Assembly (NCBI GenBank): GCA_010909165.1
Contig: VJWM01000003.1
Span: 186,001-250,000, forward strand
Direction: 5' to 3'
Source: Anthoceros angustus
Lineage: Eukaryota; Plantae; Anthocerotophyta
DNA length: 64,000 nucleotides
Part shown: piece after piece, positions 24,501 through 35,500 of the stretch
How the letters are laid out: every line of letters begins with the position of its first letter
How positions within the stretch are numbered: position 1 is the stretch's first letter
Program-made: the position numbers and the translations under genes
The notes under the pieces: model-generated
The model's database searches: none
The model's input: only the letters and a program-made list of their open reading frames with translations
What the model was told of the DNA's origin: nothing

Positions 24501-26304
24501 TGCATCCACCAGCCCCTCTGCAGCCAATATATTCCTCCGCCCCTGCAGAGACTGGGAGTGATACTGCAAGTCCAAGGAGCCGGCAACTTCGTGACCAGAC
24601 TGGAACTCCTTTGCAGCTTCTGCAAATGTCGTAGCTGCTCTCAGCGTTCCATGTCCTTTCGCAGGCACGCTGCAGGAATACCAGCAAAGAAGTCTGAGGA
24701 GGACGATTGAAGCAACTCAAACCTTGCAGCCAGGCAACTCCCAGGGAACACACCTCAGGAGGAGCTGCTCGATACTTCTGTTTGGTATGAAAGGTTGTTG
24801 CACGTCGATGAGCAACCGTGTGGCAGGGCACTCCTGCTTTCCCGTCTCTTCCCACCACCGCCGTATGCATTCCCGGCAGTACGTGAAGCCAGACGGCAGG
24901 ATCACGGGGTCCTTGAATACATCAGTGCATATAGTGCACTGCAAATCCTTCGAGTGCCTGATGCTGATGGCCGCCTTCAGGCACATTGGGCACTGCATCA
25001 CGTCCTTGGGGTTGCAAGTAGGGCAACTTTTCTTCTCCAGCTCCCCCAGGGCCATCAGAAGCTGCTGAAACAGCTCGTCGATAATTGCTTGCTGGGACTG
25101 AGGATCTACTTGTTTGGCGTGAATCTTCGACTCTGAGGCATCGTTTAGCCCCTGTAGATGTAAAGACAAGAGCAGCTTCAATATGTGCAGTTCGAGGAGC
25201 GGGCATCCAGCAAAGGCTTCAGCCCCTTTCCAGGCGTCAGTACAGCAAGCAAGTGAACCTACATGTCCTACAAACCTGCAAATCTGTCGTCACGGACTCG
25301 ATTCCCACACCCAAGTGGTTAGCCAACACCTCCAGCGCGGAATGTGCAGATCGGCTGCTACCCGGCCAACCTTGTTCATGGCGTCTGACTTCTAAAATCT
25401 GCAACAAAAGCAAATTTTAAACAACTGCCAGGTTGAGTCTTTAATTCTTTGCAGGAGAGGACTGAATCAAGTCACATGCTAAACACTTCAACCTTCTCCT
25501 CTAAATCCTTCTCCATTCAAGTCACATGCACAAGTAATCAACCTTCTCCTCCAAACCCTTCCGCCGTTCTGTGGCCTCAACCGATTCGCGCTTCAACTCC
25601 TTTGCGAGGTCCGTCAGGCGGGTCGCAGTGTCCTTCACGAGTTCCCTGGTACTTATGCTGATCCCTACATTTGTCTGCCAGAAAGATGAAGAAAAAACAA
25701 GGTGCAATGGTCGTTCAACCTCATACTTCTGCAGCAGTATATCTTTTCGCTGTCATGACAATCCAGGACTTTTGAAAGCCGGGTAGAAGAAAATTTGCAC
25801 CGACCAGGGTTACAAACTGGAGACACTCTTGGATGTCCGCAGACACCTTGGCCAAATCGTCGTTCATGGACGAGGCCTTAAAGAACAGCTTCAGCTTATT
25901 CCCCTTGATCCTGCCGAAATCCCGCAGGACCCTGAGAAAGCAGCAACAAGAACTTTAATGTTACAAAGCATCGTACCCAATTACGAACACGCCTTTGAAC
26001 ACACAAGGCTAGGAACAATGTGTGGTACTCATCAATTCAACACGAAAGCCAAAGACTTTGAAGAACATCTTGCTTCATACGTTTTAGCCCTTCCCAGAGC
26101 GTCCTTGAGTTGCATGAACCCCTTCTTGTCATTCTCCGTGAAGGCGTGATCCGCCTTAGCCTGCTCCAGGACTTCGTTCAGGAGAGGCTGAAGGGCGTCA
26201 ACACGTTTGCCCAGAGTCCCGCACCTTTCGTTCACCCCTGCAGCAGCCTGGACAAGCGCCGCGATATCTCGCACGAGGCCCAAACAGCTTGTAACACTGT
26301 CCAT
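21510..26304 (-). CDS. U-box/ARM-repeat E3 ubiquitin ligase (PUB) with N-terminal helical UND/MLKL-like domain, multi-exon
   Basis: N-terminal exon MDSVTSCLGLVRDIA...LGKRVDALQPLLNEV, a coiled-coil exon at 25522..25707, U-box DLQCTICTDVFKDPVILPSGFTYCRECIRRW...CPATR...PNRSI, then an intron near 24670..24745 into a 1052-aa ARM-like exon. Confidence 0.85.
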
Positions 26305-27715
26305 GGCTACGGCTATGACTTGTACAACTCCTGCCATCCACCAAGATGCCAACTCTGAAAGAGTCCCGGGACATCATCATCTTCTACTAGCAGTGAAACC
26401 AACATCCTAATCCACGTACTCTGACAAATCTACACCAGGAATATCCTTATCGCAGCTTATCCTGGCCTCTTCCCTTGTTCTGCACAAAGAGGTGGAGAAG
26501 CAGCTAGCGGATGTCAGATCTGGATGAAGCTTCGAACACACTTGTTCAAATACAAACTCTGTCCGGACAACAGATTTGCAAACAACAAATTTGCCTTGAG
26601 CCATATACCTCGCCAGAGCCTGGCAACAAGAGCTCTTTGCAGGCCCTCCCACACCTCGGCACTGCATGGCACCAGACAGCACACAGTCCTAGTCAGGCCC
26701 CACAAGAGGCTACAAACCTCATCACAAGCTTCCCGACCATCCATTGAGACACACCTGGCTGGAAGCTTCATCTCAGATGCCATGATCTTCCGCGCCCAGA
26801 TCCTGCCTGCTCCAGAGTCCGACCAGCTGGGAGACTAAGCCCCTGCTAATGCGAGCTACTACCACCCAACACCACAGGCCTGCTATCTAACGGCACCACA
26901 AACATGTTGCCCCAAATCTTCAACCTTCATTGCGATCCTAAATCTTCAATCCAGCAGCATGCTGCCCCAATATTCAATATTCAATCTGTATGAGAATGAT
27001 TGCTGCAGCTGGTTCGCCTCCCCGACTGGCCTCATCGCTGCAGTCTTCAGCAGCAGTCTCCACCCGCCTACGAAACAAGAGATGCAGCCCACATCTGGAA
27101 TTTGGAGCCATTTCAGGGCTTCGACAATGGGCAGGTTGAACAGCAGCCTCACAGGCTGTGGTGAGCAAGTTGCTCAGTGCGGAAGCGTCTTGAGCACACA
27201 TAAGGAAGCCCACTATTTCAGGAAAGAGGAAGTGACGGAGAAATAATATGGGATCTGCTTTGCACAAGCTTTTGACGAGGCTCCAGTGCTAATCTAAACA
27301 CCCCGAATGCTTGCACGCTCAGACAAGGCCACATTTTCGGGGCCCTTTCCTTCGCATTGGTATCCCAGAACGCAGCGGACTGGGTCCCGGTTTACCCGTC
27401 GACAGACTTGACCCACTGTCCCCTTCCGACCGCGACAGCTGATAAAGTACTGCGCAACTACGCATGTACATGTTGACTCTCACATTTGTATGTACATACA
27501 GTAGTACATATGTAAGTACATGTGTAAGACGATAAAGATACATATGTATGCACAAATGCACTAGGCTATGTATTTTATTAGGACAGATGGAGTGACATGT
27601 AGGGCTATTTATCTTCATCTGGTTAGTCATTAGGTAGATAATAAAATATATTTATTTTTAAAATATAAAAATATATTATTTTGCAAATAAAACTCATTTT
27701 AGAGGAACATCTTGA

Positions 27716-30700
27716 TTATATTTCAGATCCTAAGTTCACGATCTCTCTCAAAGCTCTCCTTATTGGTTTTTGGAGCTTCGTTTTTTGGCTTGTGAGAATT
27801 GTGTTTGCATTTGTAGGAGTTGATGTCTGCGATGAAGTCGAATCAGCTTTAACATTTGGAAGAACATGTAGAAGAGGAGGCAAGCCGGGAAGAAGAGGTA
27901 TGTTCGGACGAGGAAGTGCGTTGGAGCTTGGAGGTACATTGATATTGAGACTAGGAGGTGCACTTGGCAGAGGAGGTGCACTAGGAAGCTGAAAAGGTAA
28001 ACTTGGAAGAGGAGATAGATTAGGAAGCGGAGGTAGACTAGAAAGAGGAGGAGCACTTGAAAGAGGAGGCAGATTAGGAAGAAGAGGAGGTAGACTAGGA
28101 AGAGGAGGTAGACTAGGAAGAGGAGGTAGACTAGGAAGAGGAGGTAGACTAGAAAGAGGAGGGTGGTTTGGACGAGGAGGGAGGTTTGGAAGAGGAGGTA
28201 GACCTGAAAGAGGTGGCAAACTAGAAAGAGGAGGTAGGTTTGGAAGCCGAGGTAAATTAGAAAGGGGGGGTAGGCTTGGAAGGGGAGGTAGGCTAGGGAG
28301 TGGAGGAAGACTACCACGAGGAGGTAGAGTAGAAAGAGGCGGTAGCGGAGGAAGAGGACCCGATACACTAGGGAGAGGAGGTAAACTAGCTGGGAGAGGA
28401 GGCAAAATAAAATTTGGTGGCAATGTCAAAGATGATGGTAATGGTGATAAAGGTGATAAGGAAAAAAGAGGCGGGAGGGATGGAAGAGGTGGCAAGCTAG
28501 GTGAAGACGTTCTATTCGGTAAGCCCACATCTCGCAATGGAGGTAGCAATTTTGGAAAAGTAGGTGGGAAGATTGATGAAAGTGGAGGAGTTGGAAGAAT
28601 TGAAGGGAGTAGCGGTGTCCCACAAAAGAGTTTACTATTATTTCTAGTCAGACTATGTATGCATTGTGGATCAAAAGTATGAGATAAAAGTTTGCGACTT
28701 ATTTTTTGTCGATTAGGAGGGAGATGGGGTAATGGGGGGAAAGGAATAGGAAAATGAGATGGCAAAGGAGGAAGTGGAAAAGGAAGTGAGAAAGGAGGTA
28801 AAGGTGGAAGGAAAAATGGCGGCTTATGTGGAGTGTTTGGTGGTGATGTGGATGGTGCTATGGGAATGTGAGGTAACGGAGACAAACTTGGAAGTGGAGG
28901 CAAGGAAGGTAGTGGAGGTGTGACCGGGAGTGGAGGTAAGGAAGGTAGAGGAGGTGCGATCGGAAGTGGAGGCAAAGACGGTAGAGGAGTTGCCACCGGA
29001 AGTGGAGGCAAAGAAGGTAGAGGTGGTGCAACCGGAAGTGGACGCAAAGAGGGTAGAGGAGGTGCAACCGGAAGTGGAGGCAAAGAAGGCAGAGGTGTTA
29101 GAGCTGGAAGTGGAGGAGGTATTAAGACTGGAAGTGGAGGCAAGGAAGGAAGGGGCGGTGCGGTCGGAAGTGGTGGCAAGGAGGGAAGCGGCGGCGCGAC
29201 TGGAAGTGGAGGCAGGGACGGAAGCGGCGGCGGGACTGGAAGTGGAGGCAAGGACGGAAGCGGGGGTACTTCGATCGAAAGCGGAGGCAAGGACAGAGGC
29301 GGGGTCGAGGAAGAAAGCGGGGGTGCGACCGGAAGTGGTGGCGCGACCCGAAGAGGGGGCGCGACCGGAAGGGGAGGCAAGGACGGAAGCGGAGGTGCGA
29401 CCGGCAGGGGTGGCAAGGACGGCAGCGGGGGTGCGACCGGAAGGGGAGGCAAGGAGGGTAGCGGGGGTGCGACCGGTAGGGGTGGCAAGGATGGAATCGG
29501 GGGTGCAACCGGCAGGGGAGGCAAGGACGGAAGCGGGGGTGCGACCGGGAGGGGTGGCAAGGATGGAAGCGGGGGTGCGACCGGTAGGGGTGGCAAGGAT
29601 GGAAGCGGGGGTGCGACCGGTAGGGGTGGCAAGGATGGAAGCGGGGGTGCGTCCGGCGCAACCGGAAGCGGGGGCGCAACCGGAAGTGGAGGCAAGGATG
29701 GAAGCGGGGGCGCGACCGGAAGTGGAGGCAAGGATGGAAGCGGGGGCGCGACCGGAAGTGGAAGCAAGGATGGAAGCGGAGGTAAGGACGGAAGTGGAGG
29801 CAAGGATGGAAGCGGGGGTGCCGTGGACGGCACTGATGGATTTGAACTAGGGAAAGGAGGTGAAGTTGGAAGGGGTGGAGCGCTCGGTAAAGGAGGCAAA
29901 ACTGGCAAAGAGAATGGAGGCAAACCTAGTAACTTCGATTCACTTGTTGAGGATAAGGTCTTCATTTTTGGAAACGACCTTTCTGCCGTCTCCGATTTCG
30001 TTGAAGGAATTGATAAGAGATCTCGATGATGCTTACGTAGAGCACCTTGTATCGATGGTCCTGATGCCGACGTCGTGGATTGTTGGTGTAGCTTCGACAA
30101 TGCAAGAGGACTCCTGTGGGTGAAGGATCTTGGTGGTACAATAGTACAACCATTGTTCAAAGACACCTTCAAATTTCCAAAGAGGATACGACCTTTTGTC
30201 CCAGGCTGCCTTGGACTACTAGCAGGTGAGATGGAAGACTTTGGACTTGGGGCCCTTGGAGATTTGACAGGTGAACGTGAAGGACTCGGAATCCTTGGGG
30301 ATCTAGCAGGGGAACGTGAAGGACTTGGCGTACGGGGACTTTGTGCAGGTTGGTATGATGACCGTGGAGTTGAAGAAATTGGATGCGACGGTGGGCTAGT
30401 TGGACGTCTTGAGGGTGAAGGGTAAGGAGCCACAGATATAGATGGAGCTGGTACAGGTGCAATCGCAGGCCTGGACTGCCGAGGTGGCCGTTTAGGTCGT
30501 GAGGGTGAAGGAGAAGTAGTTGGAGTTGGTGCAGGTGCAAACGCAGGGCTGGGATGCCGACGTGAAGGGTAAGGAGCCACAGGTATAGATGGAGCTGGTG
30601 CAGGTGCAATCGCAGGCCTGGACTGCCGAGGTGGCCTAGTTTGAGGTCGTGAGGGTGAAGGAGAAGTACTTGGAGTTGGTGCAGGTGCAAACGAAGGGCT

Positions 30701-31768
30701 GGGATGCCGAGGTGGGCTCGTTTTAGGTCGTGAGGGTGAAGGAGAGATAGTTGGAGTTGGTGCAGGTGCAATCGCAGGGCTGGGATGCCGAGGTGGTCTC
30801 GTTTTAGGCGGTGAGGGTGAAGGGCTCGTTTTAGGCGGTGAGGAAGAAGGAGGAGTTTTAGGCGGTGAGGAAGATGGAGGAGTTTTAGGCGGTGAGGGTG
30901 AAGGACGAGTTTTAGGCGGTGAGGGTGAAGGGCTCGTTTTAGGTGGTGAGAAAGAAGGAGGAGTTTTAGGCGGTGAGGAAGATGGAGGAGTTTTAGGAGG
31001 TGAGGGTGAAGGACGAGTTTTAGGCGGTGGGGGTGAAGGAGGCGTTTTGAGCCGTGAGGGTGAAGGAGGTGGAGGGGCTACGAAAACAGGAGGGAAAGGA
31101 GGGACGCGAGGGAAGTGAGGGGGAATAAGAGGTGGAATGGGTGCTACAGGCAGGGCTGGTGCATCAGGCGGCGGGGCTGGTGCGTCAGGCGGCGGGGCTG
31201 GTGCATCAGGCGGCGGGGCTGGTGGTGTTATAATGAGAACAGGTGGTGGAAAAGGAAGACTTGCAGGAGGGACCTCAGGGATGGATGGAACAGGCGGGTC
31301 AAGAGATGGATCAGGTGGAAGGTCTGGAACACGGATCGGTATCCGAGGATAGAGATCGGAAGGATCAGAAGCAACGGACACGATTCGTTTCGAAGCCTCC
31401 TGCGATGAACCCTCCGTACTTGCCCCATGGTGGGGACGGACATAAGTATCCACAGACTCTCGTTGGCGGCTCATCTCGTCGTGGTTTGAGATTCTGCCGT
31501 TACCGGCAACGCCCCGGGACATGTAATCACCTGGTGCAACGTTATCTTCGAGTTAGCAAGGCCCTCGTAGAACTAACGTGCACGAAAAAAATCGACGAGT
31601 ATAGTGTAAACAAGCACCTTCATGCAACGTCTCATGGTCATGCGACAAGACCCGAGGTCCATTTGAGCTCCCATCAGCTGCTGCCAGCACCGCAACCGCC
31701 GTCAAGAGTGCTATCAGAAAAGCTTTTCGTACGTCCGCTCGGAGTCTGCGCGCCCCTGCCATCGTCAT
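27716..31768 (-). CDS. Secreted proline-rich (HRGP/extensin-like chimeric) cell-wall protein, ~1320 aa, two exons
   Basis: Signal-peptide exon (AFLIALLTAVAVLAAA) at about 31615..31768, then a GT-AG intron and a large exon with SPSPPKT, APAPTP, PPLPSLPPLPVA and PSLPPL repeats. Confidence 0.8.
28000..29830 (-). repeat. Coding tandem repeats (18-bp and 36-bp units) of the proline-rich gene
   Basis: 18-mer AGTCTACCTCCTCTTCCT near 28080..28160 and 36-mer CCCCTACCGGTCGCACCCCCGCTTCCATCCTTGCCA near 29340..29780. Confidence 0.9.
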
Positions 31769-32569
31769 GGTGAGCGGATTTAGACCAGATTTTTCACTGC
31801 TGCCATCCTCGGGTGGTAGACTTGACCAAGGTAGACAGTCCCATTCTGCCGTGCTCTACAAGACGTCGGTGACCTTTTCTTTCGAACAGGCCATGGCCGC
31901 GAGCTTCAACATGACAGGAGCTAGCTCGACGGTGCAAGTGGAGATGGAAAACGATGGATTTATACAGCCAGCAGAAGAAACGAGGAGAACGGAGGTGTGT
32001 TTCCATGTCACGGGGCAGACGGCAACCAACTCAGAACCTAATCTCTCGACATGAATTGCGATGTGGGTGGCCGTTTGGAAATCGTGTGAATCAGGCCGAT
32101 TTTTCCAGATTTCACTGTTGCATTCCTTCCGGTCACTACCACATACAGCGCGATCCGGGAAACGATTGATGTAACTTTCCTCTTCCTAAACTCTGGTATG
32201 TAATAACTCTGCAATTGAATGCAGTGTGGGAGCATTGGGCCTAATTTAGCGGATTACAATCTACAGTTTCCTACAGATCTAGACACGTAAGGCGCAATCA
32301 CATTGGTTGGGTTCACAGCTTGATGTTGATGCCAGATGATCCGGGCACCCTTCTCATGTTTCAGTGATGCGCTCTTGAAGTGCATCAGGCTCCCTAAACC
32401 ATGTGCGCCCAACCAGACAGAACTTCTGAACGATGGACGAGTCTTAGCTTCCTTGCCTTTGGCTCATTCGTGGCGCATGGCCCATATGGGATTGTACAAC
32501 AGATAGTGCACTCTGAGCCAAAGACACTCTAGGTTTGTCTCCAGATGCCTGCACAAGTGCATAAAAATA

Positions 32570-35500
32570 AGTCACACAGTAGCCTCTGTATCAATCTGCT
32601 GCAACTGGCCACAAGTTCTAACCCTCTCCTGGCAATAGCAAACATCAAACGTTAAGCAAGCGACAGGAAAACACGAAGAAATCTGGAAGTGTAATATTTC
32701 TCAACACCGTGGTTATAAACGTCTCACTGACAGAAAAGATGAGTACCCTTGCGACAAGTTCTTGGTAAGCACCCTCAAGGCAACGTTTCAAGTCGGCATA
32801 GGATGCAATAAGCATAGATCGCTCATCCCTACTCAACAAGATGAGCTTCTCAGACACACCTGCATCCAACTGGTTTGCCAAAACAGATTTCCATGATAAG
32901 ATTGCTGCGCAGCGCTTACCAAGAAGACAACATCCATGTTAAGACAAATTCAGTAGTCCACCTTGTTCAAGGACTCAATGACATGTCCCCAGTCAAGTAC
33001 AGGTGTACCATCATCGGTCACCTGCAAGATGCTGGAATTAGAAATATCCAAAATACCGGAATGAGTGGGGCAAAAAGCATCGGCCTCAGCTGGTGTCCAC
33101 CACGGTGTCCAAGCACCGTGTCCACCAGCTGAGCCCTCGGCACATCGTGCTTAACCGTGGCATTTACCAGAGACCTCACCTGGTGGAAAACAAAGTCACG
33201 GAACAGCTTCAGCAGATATCGATCCCCTATTTCTGACCAGTTTGGATCCATGTCATTGTCAGGACGTTCATTCATCATTCCCAGCTTTATCAAAATGCGC
33301 AGCAGCCTCCCATTTTCAGTCTCCTTGCTGAGCTCTGTCATCAGTTCGTCGTTCTGTATGTGCAGTTGCTCAATCTGCATGTCCCAGAACAGTAAAAAGC
33401 ACATCGAGGTATTATGACAGGTACTGCCACAGGCTGCACTACAATCACACAAACCAGGAATTTACCTCACTGTACGTCCGCTCAGCCAAAGCTCCGTAAA
33501 ATTGATGAATGCTAATGCCTTCCGACTTTTCTAGGGAAGATGCCAGTAGCCCCTGAGTCATTCTTACAAGCTCTTGGGAATAATGTGCTGCCATGAAGTC
33601 CAGCGAAAAATTTACAGCCGATCCACAGGCCATAGACAGAACAAGCCGCCCAAAACCTGCAAGGTCTTCTCTCTGGAGAGTTTGGAAGAACTACCACGTC
33701 AAAAAATCGAGATGATAGTAGAGAACGGAACAGTCACTGTAATTCCCAGCAAGACCTAATTCCCAAAAGGTGACAGATGCTGAGGCCAGTGAAATCCATG
33801 TCACCTGCAAGACATGAAGGTCATCAGCTGGATCGCCGTTAAGAACATCCAAAATGCCGACACCATTGACCCGCAGTCGACCCTTGCTTGGAATCAGAAT
33901 TTTTGATGGTTGCAAACCTCCAGGTCGGAAGTAAAGCCCAGCAGCATGTACTGCCCGGATAACAGTAGCTATTTGCAACATATAGCTCCAAATTTGGTCT
34001 TCACTAACCTGCCACAACTTTCTTCAATCTGTCTATAACCTGGATCAAGGACCATGCTTACATAAAAAAATCCCAACTGCGAACTGTGCAACGAGTTTCC
34101 TTTCATCTCACCGTTAAGTGCACCACTCCTCCAGGTTGTTCCTGATGGAAATGCAAAGCTTCCAGAGTGACCGCCCCAGGATAATAGTCATGCACAAAAA
34201 AGAGTGCTGTTGAATCTTCCACCTCTCGGCTGACAAATGCTTCACGGATGGCTACAATGTGTGGGTGCCGCAACAAAGGTGCCCACCTTTCCACAGCCTC
34301 TGCAGCTGCTGTGACGAGCTCAGCAGTTGGGATGACCTGCATAGCAGCATAGCAGATGTCAAATTAAACTAAGAGTGCAAATACTCACTAACTACTTCAA
34401 ATTAAGTCATTGATAGACATACACAGACAGATTGCATGCATCAGGTTCTCATGGGTGTTCTTTAAGCTGAGGGTTCAATGTGAAGTACAAACATACAAAT
34501 ATCATCATACCGCTGTGTCTCAACTGTTTCACCATCAATGGCTAAGTACATCTAACCTGGCGGCTGTCGATTCTCCTGATGGCATATGCCTGGCCATCAG
34601 ACGAGGAAACTCCCTTGAAAATCATTGTCCGTACTCCAAAGGAGGAGCTTGGACTTTCATCCTCCCTGTTCATGTCTTCCAAGGGGTATAGAGAATGAAA
34701 ACGCTGCACCATTTCAGGAAGATCTACAAGATCTTGCTCTGGATCCAGCTGAGTGTTATCAACATCGAAGTACAGTCAGCATACCAGACAAGTATAACAC
34801 AGCCAGGATGAGCAGGGGACATACAAGGAGATGGGACAACAATATTCATCCTTTTACCTGCTGAAGCATGAGACGCCCTTGCAAGACACAATAAAAGGGT
34901 ACTTGCAGATCTGTAAAGGGACCTCAATCACGACACATTAAACTCTGAAAGCCTCTACCCCTACTGCCAGCGGCTTTAGGCATTCATGATCCTGTCTATA
35001 CTGACATGATGAGGCAGCTGGTTGTTTCTGACGTGTTGGGTACAATGTCCTTTCGGACATCTGGGACGACTTCAGAGTTCCCAAGTTTCCGACTCTTGAG
35101 AGGAGGACGTCATGACTGACACCTAGTTACCCCAGCTAAGCAGACGAGACCAATCAGTGGTTATCTGACCTGTGCATGGATGAGAGCATGCCGCCGGCGA
35201 AGTTCCTCCCGTAAGTTCTCAGGCAAGAATTTGGATCCCAGCTGTGCACGTCCAACAGGCGAATGACCTCTAGCCACTCGGCCCTCTGCTCGAACTCCTG
35301 ACCCACTAAATGGCCCTGATGATGCCACATGATGAACGCTATTTATACCTTGCCCTGGACCAAGAAAATATGTGGCTCCACCATGTGTGGCAGCAGCAAC
35401 TGTGGTGATATTTGATACAGGAGACATTGACCGAAAGTATCCAGATGGTAGCCGGACAGCAGACGAGGCTCCCTGAGGTGTTTGTGGCCTCTGCTGTAGG

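Noticed and set aside
28920-30029. Long plus-strand Gly-rich (TGSGGKDG) and EVEAR ORFs
   Set aside because: These are antisense or alternative-frame shadows of the Pro-rich repeat gene, which has a signal peptide and splice model on the minus strand.
31767-32054. 95-aa plus-strand ORF between the Pro-rich gene and the PAN3 3' end
   Set aside because: No recognisable motif or splice support; probably promoter sequence.
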